Shown here: piece by piece, positions 10,837 to 21,759 of the stretch
Position numbering within the stretch: position 1 is the stretch's first letter
Layout of the letters: each line of letters begins with the position of its first letter
Origin: Candidatus Dadabacteria bacterium
GTDB lineage: Bacteria > Desulfobacterota_D > UBA1144 > Nemesobacterales > CSP1-2
Length of the DNA stretch: 64,000 nt
Assembly (NCBI GenBank): GCA_963805855.1
Contig: CAWDVW010000002.1
Span: 512,001-576,000 of the forward strand
Direction: 5' to 3'
Position numbers and translations under genes: made by a program
Notes under the pieces: model-generated
What the model saw: only the letters and a program-made list of their open reading frames with translations
Told to the model about the DNA's origin: nothing
The model's database searches: none

Positions 10837-10913
10837 CACAGGCAGGAGATTCGTGTCCCGGAATCCGATGGGATAATTTTCTTGGTTTCCGGGGTTGGAA
10901 AACCTCGGCTGTC
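10837..10913. repeat. 77-bp paired GATAG-type REP element (degenerate copy)
   Basis: Aligns to the reverse complement of 15228-15304, with the same 28-nt internal spacer length. Confidence 0.65.
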
Positions 10914-10931
10914 CGCCACGGTATGTTGGCC

Positions 10932-11399
10932 TTATCCACCTTTCGCCAAAAGCCCAGATATAGCCTCCGAGATTAGCTTCTGAACCTCGCCTTTATGTTC
11001 CTCACTCGAATACTTTTGCCGGGGCCAGAAAAATCCCCTCAGGCCGTCACCCTTATTCCTGGGAACAATGTGAATGTGAAGGTGGGGTACGCTTTGGCTG
11101 ACACGGTTATTCACAGCCACAAAAGTGCCTTGAGATTGCATTCCTTGCTCAACGGCTTTTGACAGTAATTGTACATTTGTAAAAAATACCCCGATTAAAT
11201 CTTCCGGCAGGTCTCCGAGTGTGATGTAATGCACCTTGGGAATCAGAAGCACATGCCCCGGAAAAAGTGGGCGATGGTCCAGTATTCCGACTGAAATGTC
11301 ATCGTCAAAAACTACAAACGAATCGAGATCGCCTCTTACAATCCTGCAGAACTTGCATTTCTCAGCTGAACCCACAGATGCCAGTTCCATTTGCTTCAC
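10932..11399 (-). CDS. HIT family hydrolase
   Basis: CKFC, HVLLIPK and the histidine triad HLHIH. Confidence 0.9.
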   Translation of the reverse strand: MKQMELASVGSAEKCKFCRIVRGDLDSFVVFDDDISVGILDHRPLFPGHVLLIPKVHYITLGDLPEDLIGVFFTNVQLLSKAVEQGMQSQGTFVAVNNRVSQSVPHLHIHIVPRNKGDGLRGFFWPRQKYSSEEHKGEVQKLISEAISGLLAKGG

Positions 11400-11444
11400 T
11401 ACAGTTAATTCTCCAGTTCAGTACCATGTTAGATAATTTCGATT

Positions 11445-11795
11445 TTATAACTTCCTTTCTAAATATTCCTTTAATGCTATAGCATTATTAAATCGAGTTT
11501 CTTTAGTGCCGTATATTAACGTAATTTGCCCTTTCTTTGCAGACTCAATTAAGTCAGCGACCAATTCAGAATTATTGTGCAGTTCAGAAAAATATCGTGA
11601 TTTAAACTTGTCCCACTTCTTAGGATCATGGTTAAACCATTTTCTCAGTTCGTTGCTGGGTCCAATATCCTTAAACCAAATATCAATTGATGCGTCCTTC
11701 TTTGAAACACCACGGGGCCATAGACGATCGACTAGAACCCTTAAGCCATCCTCTTTTGAAGCTTTGTCATATATCCTCTTTAATTTAATCCTCAT
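11445..11795 (-). CDS. DUF488/YeaO family protein
   Basis: MRIKLKRIY, RVLVDRLWPRG and PSNELRKWF. The ORF track's extension to 11843 is only a translated repeat. Confidence 0.85.
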   Translation of the reverse strand: MRIKLKRIYDKASKEDGLRVLVDRLWPRGVSKKDASIDIWFKDIGPSNELRKWFNHDPKKWDKFKSRYFSELHNNSELVADLIESAKKGQITLIYGTKETRFNNAIALKEYLERKL

Positions 11796-11805
11796 AACAC
11801 AACTG

Positions 11806-11849
11806 AAAAAAATGGGGACTGTACCGTCGTGGACTGTCCCCATTTTTTT
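11806..11849. repeat. A7-TGGGGAC...GTCCCCA-T7 palindromic repeat (terminator-like)
   Basis: Near-identical copy (2 mismatches) at 29462-29503. Confidence 0.75.
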
Positions 11850-11856
11850 GCAATAG

Positions 11857-12741
11857 CTAGTTAAACACTAACGTTCGGTTATCATGAATCAGGATCTTTC
11901 GTTCGAGGTGGTAAGAGATCGCCCGCGAGAGAACCAACTTCTCAAGGTCACGCCCCTTTCTGATCATATCTTCAACCGAGTCCTTGTGACTGACCCGGAC
12001 TACATCCTGTTCTATAATCGGACCTGAATCCAAATCAGCAGTTACATAATGACTGGTAGCTCCGATAATCTTCACGCCACGCTCATGAGCCGAATGATAA
12101 GGCTTTGCGCCTGGAAACGCAGGTAGAAATGAATGATGTATATTAATTATCCTATTCTCAAACTTTGATACAAAACCTTCCGATAGGATCTGCATATATC
12201 GAGCAAGAACCATAAAGTCGATCTTATACTTTTTCAAAGCTATCAGTTGTTTTGCTTCCTGTTCAATCTTGTTTTCTTTGTCAATTGGAAACACTTGATA
12301 ATCGATCCCAAAATTATTGGCGACCGATTCCAAGTCGGGATGATTGCTTATGATCAGAGGCACTTCGACGGCCCATTCATTCGATTGATATCTTGATAAA
12401 ATATCATACAAACAGTGTGGTAGCTTAGATACAAATATAGCCATGCGTGGCGTTTCATCCGAGAAGTAGAGCCTCCACTTCATTTCAAACCTTTGTGCAA
12501 CCAGAGTGTCGAAATATTCTCCGATTTTCTCTCTAGGAATTGCAAAACCCTTTAGGTCCCACTCAACCCTCATGAAAAAGACCTGCTTCTCGGAATCGAC
12601 ATGTTGGTCGAGAGTGAGAATATTTCCGTTATTTTTAAATATAAATTCCGTCACCGATGCAACAAGCCCTTTCCTATCCGGACAATCAATTAAAAGGATA
12701 ACGGAGCGAGGTCTATTCATTTCCTTATTTACATTCGGCAT
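11857..12741 (-). CDS. purU: Formyltetrahydrofolate deformylase
   Basis: CPDRKGLVA ACT domain, LARYMQILS, INIHHSFLP and GATSHYVT. Confidence 0.95.
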   Translation of the reverse strand: MPNVNKEMNRPRSVILLIDCPDRKGLVASVTEFIFKNNGNILTLDQHVDSEKQVFFMRVEWDLKGFAIPREKIGEYFDTLVAQRFEMKWRLYFSDETPRMAIFVSKLPHCLYDILSRYQSNEWAVEVPLIISNHPDLESVANNFGIDYQVFPIDKENKIEQEAKQLIALKKYKIDFMVLARYMQILSEGFVSKFENRIINIHHSFLPAFPGAKPYHSAHERGVKIIGATSHYVTADLDSGPIIEQDVVRVSHKDSVEDMIRKGRDLEKLVLSRAISYHLERKILIHDNRTLVFN

Positions 12742-12969
12742 AGAGCTTCGTCAGCAATAAGTTGTTTTTGTACATTCAAATATATAATTTTTTATCACTT
12801 AATAAAAGGTTTATTTAGGAATTACAATCTGAATGGATTAAAAAACTTGGTAAGGAAAAGGCTTGCTAAAAAGATTCATTCCTGACCTATTATTCTTAAT
12901 AAAAATAAATATTACATTATTCAATCTTCTTGGGAGTCTTAAGAACCCATGTCTAGAGCTCACTCACCC

Positions 12970-14853
12970 TCATTTTTTCTCCAGAACAAGGTTAAATACA
13001 GATGAATCGATTTCTACCATATGCCTAAACCTCTCATGGACAGCGATATGAATCCTGTCCCCGTAACGCGAAAGCCGATTCAATAGGCCATGCAGATGTT
13101 GACGCTGGGTTTCGTGGAACTCTTCAATGTTTAGAGTAATTGAGGAAGACGTGTTTTTTAGGAACTGTTCAAGGTGAGGAGCAGCATTTACAAAGAAATC
13201 ACCGTCCATCAGGCCCTTTATTGAAATCGAAAGGTTCGACGCGGCATTTCTCACCTTTTTCAGCGACACCTCAAGGGCGCCACGGGTAAGATAGCCCTCA
13301 AATGCATTTTCCAGCGCACCTTTATAACCATCAGTCAAGCTATGGGCGCTTTCAAATTCTTTAACAAAATGGCGATCTATATAACTTCTCATACTAATTC
13401 CCACGACCCAATCCTGAATAACAACCGAAAATTGACTGGGTTTAGTGAACGGAAATGATCGAATGAAATGGTAGATTCGGGAGAGACCCCCTGCCATAAT
13501 GCCTCTTATCATGAACTTAGTTAACGAGCCCAACTGATTTCCGAGCGGATACTGATTTCTGTATAATGGGTCGTTGAGGTAGCGCGTTTTATTCTTAATC
13601 TTATCGGCTATGCAACGGTCATCCAACAATCGATAAAATAGATCGTGGTAGCCATTAACCAGCTCATCATAGCTCATATTCTTGGGTATGACGTTCGTGG
13701 CTAGCTTCGTGTGATCTATATATTTGTCGTCGTTTTCAAGAACGAGCCTTCCGTCCTTCTTTAACCTATCAAAGAGCGGAGTTTTGGGGATAGCCATCAG
13801 TAGACCGACCATAGAAGATTGAATCCCTGATTTAGTTATAAAGTTATACTGGAGGTCGAAGGTCTTAATTGTGTCATTATCGAACCCAATGATGAATCCA
13901 GCAAGAACCTCTATTCCATAAGAATATATTTTCCTTACAGAGGTCAACATATCGGCACGAGTATTCTGGAATTTAAGGGTTTCCTTCAAACTATTTTCAT
14001 CGGGAGATTCGATACCGGTAAAAACCCATCCAAAATTAGCCTCACGAAAGAGAGTCAGAAGCTCATCATCCTGCGCAATGTTTAAGGATACTTCCGTTCC
14101 AAATGAGAAATTATAGTCATGCTCTTTTTGATAATCCCTTAAATCAGCGGTAAGCTTTGTCGCAACGGGCTTATTTCCTATAAAGTTATCGTCAACAAAG
14201 AATACATTTTTGACATTAAATCCCCTTAGCTCATCCAGCTCCCTGCGCACCTGTTCTAAAGACTTAGTCCTGGGTTTTCGTCCGAACATGATAATTATGT
14301 CGCAGAACTCACATCTGAACGGACAACCCCTTGAAAACTGCAGACTAACGGCCTGATATTTTTCCAATTTCAACAGATCGAATCTTGGCACCGGAGAATC
14401 TTCCAGAGAAACCTCTCCAGTTTCATGGTACAACTTTTTTGGATTACCATTTTCAAAATCTCTGCAAAACTGCCTCCAAATATACTCCGCCTCACCGGAT
14501 ATAACAGAATCGGCCAGATTCTCATACTCTTCGGGACATAATGAAGCATAACTCCCTCCGGCGACCGCATAATATCCTTGTTTTCTATAAAAGGTAAGTA
14601 ATTCCCTCTGTCTACTGAACTGTATCGCCATCCCACATATCCCGACAATATCGGCATCCGGCTTAAGTGGTATCGTCTCAATATTTTCATCAACTATTTC
14701 AATTTCCCAATCCTGAGGCGTCAACGCGGCAATAGTAGCTAATCCGAGAGGAGGATTTATAGTCCTTATCTGCTTCGGCATTATATTGTCCACAGCCCAC
14801 TTAAAGCTCCAAAAGCTCTCGGCGAACTTTGGATTTATGAGTAGTAATTTCAT
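12970..14853 (-). CDS. B12-binding radical SAM enzyme (DUF4070/HpnP-like) with C-terminal extension
   Basis: N-terminal SFWSF...PPLGL B12 domain, RGCPFRCEFC (CxxxCxxC) and DDNFIGN. Confidence 0.85.
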   Translation of the reverse strand: MKLLLINPKFAESFWSFKWAVDNIMPKQIRTINPPLGLATIAALTPQDWEIEIVDENIETIPLKPDADIVGICGMAIQFSRQRELLTFYRKQGYYAVAGGSYASLCPEEYENLADSVISGEAEYIWRQFCRDFENGNPKKLYHETGEVSLEDSPVPRFDLLKLEKYQAVSLQFSRGCPFRCEFCDIIIMFGRKPRTKSLEQVRRELDELRGFNVKNVFFVDDNFIGNKPVATKLTADLRDYQKEHDYNFSFGTEVSLNIAQDDELLTLFREANFGWVFTGIESPDENSLKETLKFQNTRADMLTSVRKIYSYGIEVLAGFIIGFDNDTIKTFDLQYNFITKSGIQSSMVGLLMAIPKTPLFDRLKKDGRLVLENDDKYIDHTKLATNVIPKNMSYDELVNGYHDLFYRLLDDRCIADKIKNKTRYLNDPLYRNQYPLGNQLGSLTKFMIRGIMAGGLSRIYHFIRSFPFTKPSQFSVVIQDWVVGISMRSYIDRHFVKEFESAHSLTDGYKGALENAFEGYLTRGALEVSLKKVRNAASNLSISIKGLMDGDFFVNAAPHLEQFLKNTSSSITLNIEEFHETQRQHLHGLLNRLSRYGDRIHIAVHERFRHMVEIDSSVFNLVLEKK

Positions 14854-15227
14854 AGAATTATTTCTCCCCCTTGTGTTACAATGAATCGGGCTGTTCTATT
14901 TATGCCCCAAGTACAACATATTAGTACATTTTGTCCATAGAATCAAATCTTAGTCTAAATCGTTGAGAAAATGATTACAATTCCAATTTCCGACCGGACT
15001 TGTAGGAATTTATCAAGATGAGTAAATATATGGGCAGGTTATAAAGATTGAAAACAATATAATATTAGCAGTGGCTGGATTTAAACAATGGAAATCTCCG
15101 ACGATAAGGCCCGATATGCTGCAATTCCATCTGTTTTTGTTCTCGTTATAATGGTATCCGTCGGTCCATTTGGAGATATCATTCAAGGCTCAGCATCATT
15201 TGTTTTTAATGCGTTCTGAAAACCCTC

Positions 15228-15304
15228 GATAGCCGAGATTTTCAAACCTCGGATTTAAAGAAAGTCATGTCACTAGAAGGCGGGACAAGAATGTCCCGGC
15301 TATC
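15228..15304. repeat. 77-bp paired GATAG-type REP element
   Basis: GATAGCCGAGATTTTCAAACCTCGG...CGGGACAAGAATGTCCCGGCTATC, with terminal inverted GATAGCCG/CGGCTATC. Confidence 0.75.
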
Positions 15305-15382
15305 CCGTGTCGTGTCGATATGATTTTTCCACCTATGTAGTTTTCGATTGCTGATTCGTAGAATCCCAACAGACAATTAATC

Positions 15383-15871
15383 TCAAGACCAGGGCTCCCT
15401 GTAGTAATAAACGAAGTTAGCGACTTTTGGTCTCTCTGTCCAGCCTAGTTTTTTGTAGAATCCCCTCTTATACGAAGGTTTGTCCTTACCGTTTGTGACC
15501 ATCAACCTCATGCACCCTCGTTTCTTTCCTTCCTGCATGATCTTTTTCACCAGCAATTTCCCTGCGCCCTTTCCACTGGCCATAGGACTTACAAACACAT
15601 CGGATATATAACCCTCAAAGCTTCCTAACATGATAAACGGAACCCAATGGACACTCGTAAAACCTACGACCATACCCTCTTCAGCAACCGCTACTAGTAC
15701 CATATGGCCGTCTTGATCTTTAACCGCATGCCGAATCAACTCTTCTATTGGCCGTGAAACTTCGTCAATATTCAAGGCATTCCTCTTTTCAGACCAGCCT
15801 ATTTCCCGTAGTATCCTTGCCATATCTTCCGCATCCTCAACCCTAGCCGCTCTTATTACGATTTTTGACAT
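15383..15871 (-). CDS. GNAT family N-acetyltransferase
   Basis: VFVSPMASGKGAGKLL acetyl-CoA motif and FYKKLGW. Confidence 0.85.
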   Translation of the reverse strand: MSKIVIRAARVEDAEDMARILREIGWSEKRNALNIDEVSRPIEELIRHAVKDQDGHMVLVAVAEEGMVVGFTSVHWVPFIMLGSFEGYISDVFVSPMASGKGAGKLLVKKIMQEGKKRGCMRLMVTNGKDKPSYKRGFYKKLGWTERPKVANFVYYYREPWS

Positions 15872-15973
15872 ATTCTAACCAGCCTCCTGCAAAGAAACCA
15901 CCAAGTGTGGTCCCAATTGTGCTATGTGTTATGTTAATTGTAGACATCTATTATATTCAAGGAGAGTCGCAAT

Positions 15974-16579
15974 ATGAAAAAGCCTGCACGGACAAACCAT
16001 CAGATTCACGATCTACTAACCCACCGGTGGAGCCCTAGGGCCTTTTCAGACCGAATGGTAGAGGAGAAAAAAATACTAGCTATGCTAGAAGCGGCCAGGT
16101 GGGCGCCTTCAAGTTTTAATGAACAACCGTGGAGTTTTATAATTGCTACTAAGGACGATCCAGAGGAGTATGAACGGCTTCTGAACTGCCTGACGGAAGG
16201 AAATATTCGATGGGCGAAATTTGCACCACTATTGATGATTAGTGTCGCCAAGTTAATTTTTGAACGAGATGGAAAACCTAACCGACACGCATTTCATGAC
16301 GTCGGATTAGCCGTCGGCAATCTTGTCATACAAGCTAGACACCTGGGATTACATGTGCACCAGATGGCGGGTATACATGTGGACAAAATACGTGAGACGT
16401 ATAAAGTTCCTGAGACACACGAGCCAGTTGCGGCCATTGCCATTGGATACTATGGTGAATTGGACCAACTGACGGAAGACCTCAGGAAACGCGAACTGGC
16501 GGAACGGGCGCGAAAACCCTTGGAGCAGTTCGTATTCTCAGGGCAATGGGACAGGCCGCATGATTTGGTCAAAAAATAA
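15974..16579 (+). CDS. Nitroreductase family protein
   Basis: RWSPRAF, ARWAPSSFNEQPW and HQMAG. Confidence 0.9.
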   Translation: MKKPARTNHQIHDLLTHRWSPRAFSDRMVEEKKILAMLEAARWAPSSFNEQPWSFIIATKDDPEEYERLLNCLTEGNIRWAKFAPLLMISVAKLIFERDGKPNRHAFHDVGLAVGNLVIQARHLGLHVHQMAGIHVDKIRETYKVPETHEPVAAIAIGYYGELDQLTEDLRKRELAERARKPLEQFVFSGQWDRPHDLVKK

Positions 16580-16693
16580 TAATCCGCCCGATAACACAAT
16601 CTATACTCGTTGAAGAAATCAAAAATAGCATTTAACCTGTAGCAATTTTCAAACATTTAATCAGCACAACTCAAGTAAAACGGGAGGATACCA

Positions 16694-17122
16694 ATGAGTA
16701 TAAAAGAACTATTACTCGGAGGAGCTAAAATTAATAACACCTATGCAAATTTTGGACTGTTGATCTTAAGACTCTATGCAGGGCTAGTCCTCGCGTCGCA
16801 GCATGGTATCCGAAAGATTCCACCCCAAGAAAAATTTATACAGGGGGTCGGTGAATTAGGGTTCCCGCTCCCAGAGTTTTTTGCCTGGGCGGCGGGCTGC
16901 GCCGAATTCTTTGGTGGAATCCTGCTGGCAGTGGGACTGCTCACACGTCCCGCAGCTTTCTTCATTTTGCTCACTATGCTTACAGCCGTATTCGGAAGAC
17001 ATGCCGCAGATCCATTTAACATAAAGGAACTGGCGTTAACTTACGGATTTATAGCCCTTTGCTTCTTACTTTCAGGTTCAGGCCGATACGGCATCGATGC
17101 CATAATTCAACGCCGCAGATAA
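16694..17122 (+). CDS. DoxX family membrane protein
   Basis: LLILRL, HGxxK, EFFGG..L..GLLTR and G.GRYGID. Confidence 0.85.
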   Translation: MSIKELLLGGAKINNTYANFGLLILRLYAGLVLASQHGIRKIPPQEKFIQGVGELGFPLPEFFAWAAGCAEFFGGILLAVGLLTRPAAFFILLTMLTAVFGRHAADPFNIKELALTYGFIALCFLLSGSGRYGIDAIIQRRR

Positions 17123-17237
17123 AACAGCAGACTTGGTGGTTAATTACGCTTTCGCTTTTTGGATTTTTCATGTAAGACGGGGAAAACACGATGTGAAATT
17201 GACCTATTTTAACGGATATGCTACCAACATTTTATAA

Positions 17238-18185
17238 ATGGAGGATCTGAATTTGACCGACGAACATAGAAAAGAAGAGCCTAAAAAAGAATTGATATTC
17301 CCACCACTTCCTATTGAGGAGTGGGAAGAAACCAAGAATACGCTACATTTATATTTACAAATAATTGGCAAGATACGCCTCAAATTATTTCCTAAGCTAA
17401 ATCACTGGTGGCATGTCACCCTATACCTTTCCCCTCGCGGTCTTACAACGAGACCTATTCCCTATGGCGATCTCATTTTTGAGATAGAGCTCGACTTGAT
17501 CGATCACAAGTTGAGTGTTCGCTCAAGTGATGGAAGGGAAAAATCATTTCCTCTTAACAATCTTTCGGTATCACAGTTTTATGAAAAAGTTTTTTCTTCT
17601 CTGTCAGAACTTGGTATCGAGGTTAAAATCAATGCATTACCCTATGACGTTCCGTTTAGCACCGAGCCCTTTGCTGCAGACACAAAGCACTCCACGTATG
17701 ATAAAGCATATGCAAATAGATACTGGCGTATTCTTTTGCAGGTCTATTCTATATTTCAGGAATTTCGGGGTAGGTTTATTGGAAAAAGCACCCCCGTTCA
17801 CCTATACTGGCATCATGCAGACCTTGCGGTAACGAGATTTTCGGGTAGGCGTGGACCCGAAAGAAAAGAGGGAACCCAGGCTGACAGGGAAGCTTATTCA
17901 CATGAGGTAATAAGTTTTGGTTTTTGGGCAGGAGACGACAAGGTTAGAGCGCCAGCATTTTACTCTTACACGTATCCAGAACCCGAGAACCTTGCTCAGG
18001 AACCCTTAAGCCCAAAAGAGGCTTTCTGGAATACGGAAGGCGGTAATTCCATGGCAGTTATTATGTATGATGACGTGCGTAAAAAGGATGAGCCCCGAAA
18101 AGCATTGTTAGATTTTCTGGAAAGTGCCTACCAAGCGGGCGCGAAACGCGCAAACTGGAATATAGAGGAATTTGAATTAAAGTAA
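17238..18185 (+). CDS. DUF5996-like conserved protein
   Basis: TLHLYLQIIGKIRL, NHWWHV, RFSGR, EAYSHEV and GFWAG..PAFYSYTYPEP. Confidence 0.75.
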   Translation: MEDLNLTDEHRKEEPKKELIFPPLPIEEWEETKNTLHLYLQIIGKIRLKLFPKLNHWWHVTLYLSPRGLTTRPIPYGDLIFEIELDLIDHKLSVRSSDGREKSFPLNNLSVSQFYEKVFSSLSELGIEVKINALPYDVPFSTEPFAADTKHSTYDKAYANRYWRILLQVYSIFQEFRGRFIGKSTPVHLYWHHADLAVTRFSGRRGPERKEGTQADREAYSHEVISFGFWAGDDKVRAPAFYSYTYPEPENLAQEPLSPKEAFWNTEGGNSMAVIMYDDVRKKDEPRKALLDFLESAYQAGAKRANWNIEEFELK

Positions 18186-18324
18186 CGGTAGAAAAGCAGC
18201 GCAGTCGCTCTGCCAATGCCCTCGCCACCTCCTGTTATAATAGCGGTTTTGTTTCTTAGTCTCATCGATATGATCTCCCCCAATTGGCTAATATTTCCCA
18301 TACTTCAGGGTTCCAATGAAGATC

Positions 18325-19425
18325 TTATATAGCCGCACCCTTTCTATTTGTTAGAATGGACCTTATCGTAACTATAATTAGGGTCAAAATTGTAAGAGGA
18401 ATTGCAAAAACCAGCATCACGAAACTGAATATAGGCAGTATATCATGATGCTTTGAACCAATGATCAAGTAGGCTACATAAGCTAAATAGTAACCGAAAA
18501 ATAAGAACCCCTCCCAGCGAGCAATAACATTTCCGGTAAAAAATATCGGTAGGCAGGCAACTGCAACAGCTATCATAACCGGAATGTCAAAGTGAAGAGC
18601 CGAAGAAGACACATTAACTCCCCCAGGTGCGAATACGGCCGATAAACCCAGAACAGCAAGAATATTAAAAATATTGCTACCCACCACATTTCCCACGGCG
18701 ATATCCCTTTCACCGCGAATAGCAGCGACAATGGAAGTGGCAACCTCGGGCAATGACGTCCCCGCTGCAACCAAGGTTAAGCCGATAACAAATTCACTAA
18801 CTCCAAAATTCCTTGCAAGGGATACAGCCCCATTCAAGAACCAGCGTGAACCAATTATCAGTAACAGCAAGCCACCTGCGATTAAAACGATATTTATTGC
18901 CGAGCTACCACCGATCTTCTTTTGATCATGAGTTCCATACTCTCGTATATATTCCTGCTGAACAAACTCCGTCTCCTCCTTTCTACCCTGGAAAATCAGA
19001 AAGCCAGTGTAGCTCACAACCCCCAAGAACATGATGATTCCCTCGATACTACTAATCTTTCCACTGAATGAAAAAATCAAAGTTAATATTGAAACCAAAA
19101 TCATAATGGGGACATCCAACCTAACCAGTTGTTGAGATACCGTTAGTGGAGCAATCATCGCTGATATTCCCAATATAAAAAGCACGTTGAAGATATTGCT
19201 TCCGACTATATTCCCTAGGGCGATATCTGACTGTCCTATAATTGAAGACTGAAGGCTAACAACGAGCTCCGGTGAGCTTGTTCCAAACGCAACAATCGTA
19301 AGACCAATAACGAGCGGAGATACGCCCATCAGAGCGGCAAGCCTTGATGCCCCGCGAACCAAAGACTCTGCTCCCAATATCAATAGCCCAAGCCCAATAA
19401 CAAACAGCATAATTGTTGTCACCAT
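18325..19425 (-). CDS. Calcium/sodium antiporter (YrbG/CaCA family)
   Basis: Two alpha repeats: GTSSPE...GNIVGSNIFN and GTSLPE...GNVVGSNIFN. Confidence 0.9.
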   Translation of the reverse strand: MVTTIMLFVIGLGLLILGAESLVRGASRLAALMGVSPLVIGLTIVAFGTSSPELVVSLQSSIIGQSDIALGNIVGSNIFNVLFILGISAMIAPLTVSQQLVRLDVPIMILVSILTLIFSFSGKISSIEGIIMFLGVVSYTGFLIFQGRKEETEFVQQEYIREYGTHDQKKIGGSSAINIVLIAGGLLLLIIGSRWFLNGAVSLARNFGVSEFVIGLTLVAAGTSLPEVATSIVAAIRGERDIAVGNVVGSNIFNILAVLGLSAVFAPGGVNVSSSALHFDIPVMIAVAVACLPIFFTGNVIARWEGFLFFGYYLAYVAYLIIGSKHHDILPIFSFVMLVFAIPLTILTLIIVTIRSILTNRKGAAI

Positions 19426-19560
19426 GAAATCTATTACTCCTCAGCAACGAGACCCAATAAGACTCTAGAGTGTATATCAGATTAACCTTATAACCCGTTG
19501 AATAATAACAAAATCCATCGAACGTCAGAAAAAAGAGTTTTTATGCCGATGAACGTCAAA

Positions 19561-20145
19561 TTAGAAAGTCCTGTATCCGTTATTTTTGCTTCGCCAGAGG
19601 CGAATGAAAATGACAATGTGCGAGTAGATTATGATCGGCACAATAAATGTCGGCAGGAGGCTCAGTGGAAGCTTTGTAAGCGCTACCATAGAATCGGGAT
19701 CCGCCATTGCCAATCTACCCGCGGTTTGAACGACGAATAAAATATCAATGAATCCAAGCAGATTCCAAATCAAGTAAATCATCCAACCAACAAATCCGAT
19801 CAAGGGCGAAAAAATTACAACCACTAAGGCTGCGGTCGCCACAAGGATATCACCCCAGCCTCCAGGAACTGCAAAATCATATGGTAGGACCCCACTGGAG
19901 TAAAGAATTAGAAAATAAATCCCGACAAGGCGAGTTAGATGAAACAGCAAAAGTACTCGGATGTCGATACTTAAGGACCAATTGCGAAAGACGTTGGTTT
20001 TCCAGAATAAGAGTAGCAATAAAATTACAAGACAAAAAAGTACTGCCTGGGGAAATGGAGGAGGAATCGAAGCGAGAAGTTTGGTTGCGCCTATAATCAA
20101 GGCTAATAAGAACCAGGCGAAAGTAAAAAGGATAATTCCAAGCAT
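19561..20145 (-). CDS. Hypothetical integral membrane protein
   Basis: Multiple hydrophobic helices; FAVPGGWGDIL, WNLLGFID and PLSLLPTFIVP. Confidence 0.7.
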   Translation of the reverse strand: MLGIILFTFAWFLLALIIGATKLLASIPPPFPQAVLFCLVILLLLLFWKTNVFRNWSLSIDIRVLLLFHLTRLVGIYFLILYSSGVLPYDFAVPGGWGDILVATAALVVVIFSPLIGFVGWMIYLIWNLLGFIDILFVVQTAGRLAMADPDSMVALTKLPLSLLPTFIVPIIIYSHIVIFIRLWRSKNNGYRTF

Positions 20146-20239
20146 GTGTCTAAGGCCACCGTCTGAATAAGGAACCCTACAATGTATTTTCTTATCCTAG
20201 AATTTTTGGTCAAACCTGGGAGGGGTTCCCTTTACCTGC

Positions 20240-20909
20240 CTAAACAAGTGTTCTGGCCCCTCTTCTTTTCGCCTCTTCTTCATCCACCGATATCTCCCTG
20301 GATTTGGGAACGTTCTTTCCTCGTTCGACCGCCGGCCGTTTCGCTATTTTTTCGACCCACCGCTTCAGATTTGGCAGGTCTTCAATATCCACTCCGGACC
20401 AATTATGGATATAGACCCATGGCCATGTTGCAATATCCGCGATAGAGTACTCATCCGCCAAGAAATTCATGATCCTGAAGGCGGGTATCTAGAACTTTGT
20501 ATATGCGTTTTGTTTCCCTCTGGTAGCGCTTGATGGCATATTCAATTTTCTCGGGAGCGTATCTATAAAACACGTTTGCCTGACCCTGCATCGGACCTAT
20601 ACCGGCCATCTGAAACATAAGCCATTGAATGACTAATGAGCGCCCCTTCTTGTCAGCGGGCAATAATTTCCCAGACTTTTCCGCAAGATATATTAGGATC
20701 GCGCCAGATTCAAAAACGACAAAATCATCTTCATCATGGTCGACAATCGTTGGAATTCTCCCGTTCGGATTCAGCTTTAAGTAATCTGGATTTCTCTGCT
20801 CCAATTTATGGAGCTTTATGTGTATAACATCATATGGGACCCCAACCTCCTCAAGCATTATTGACACCTTTCTTCCATTAGGAGTTGCAGCCGTATAGAG
20901 ATCTATCAT
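20240..20909 (-). CDS. Glutathione S-transferase (YfcG/YghU-like), split by a +1 frameshift near 20457
   Basis: TPNG, NPNGRIP and FESGAIL in the first ORF, then [12 protein letters not shown] in the overlapping second ORF. Confidence 0.85.
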
Positions 20910-21258
20910 GTTCCCTCCAGGATGATAATAAATTCATTAACATAAATAGTATATTCACTGCGACGCGATGCAAATCTATTTCTCCTTTCTCATAAGGGAA
21001 AGATCGCAGACATCAGAAATTGACTGTTTTTCAAACATTGAGAGTGAGAATTGGAAAAGCCCCCCCCGGATACCAATTTCATGGACATGTGAGGCTCATT
21101 ATGGAAAAGAGGCTTGTTGAATTCCGGACTTGAAGAGGGGACTCAGGGATGATTGCTGCTCAAACATTTGACGAATGAATACCAAATCGCAGCCAAAGAC
21201 CCCATCACACAAGAAACGAGATGTGAAATAATTGATTTGGGAACTTAACTACTGACTT

Positions 21259-21759
21259 TTACGAAGCCGGAGAAGAGCTATTTGCCATTTCCCTGTCCAA
21301 AATAAGAAGCGCCGAGCTGTCATCTCCAGCCATTTTCAGATCGTCAACGATATCCCGAGCGCTTTTCTCCTCTTCAACCTGCTCCTTAATAAACCACTGC
21401 AATTCAACAGTTGTCGCATGATCTCCTTCATTCACGGCTTGGTCGTAAAGCTTGTTGATCATGCTCGTAACCTCTCTTTCATGTTCGAGAACCTGTTGAA
21501 ACATCTTTAAAAGCGAATTATATTTCGCCTGCGGCTGCCCAATTGCCTTTAAAACTATCTTGCCATCACGATCTATCACATAGTCGAAAAGCCGCATAGC
21601 ATGATCTAGCTCCTCTTTACTCTGACGCCTGAGCCAGGATGCAAATCCCCTCATGTTTATCGACTCGCAAAAGACACTCATTGAAAGGTAACTATATGAC
21701 GAGAAGTACTCATTATTTATCTGGTTATTCAAACCATCCTGCATTTCTTTACTTAACAT
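21259..21759 (-). CDS. Non-heme ferritin
   Basis: LNNQINNEY, EELDHA, HEREVT and WFIKEQVEEE ferroxidase residues. Confidence 0.9.
   Translation of the reverse strand: MLSKEMQDGLNNQINNEYFSSYSYLSMSVFCESINMRGFASWLRRQSKEELDHAMRLFDYVIDRDGKIVLKAIGQPQAKYNSLLKMFQQVLEHEREVTSMINKLYDQAVNEGDHATTVELQWFIKEQVEEEKSARDIVDDLKMAGDDSSALLILDREMANSSSPAS

Noticed and set aside
11795-11856. N-terminal extension MGTVHDGTVPIF of the DUF488 ORF and the antisense ORF 11506-11856
   Set aside because: Translation of a palindromic repeat and shadow frame.
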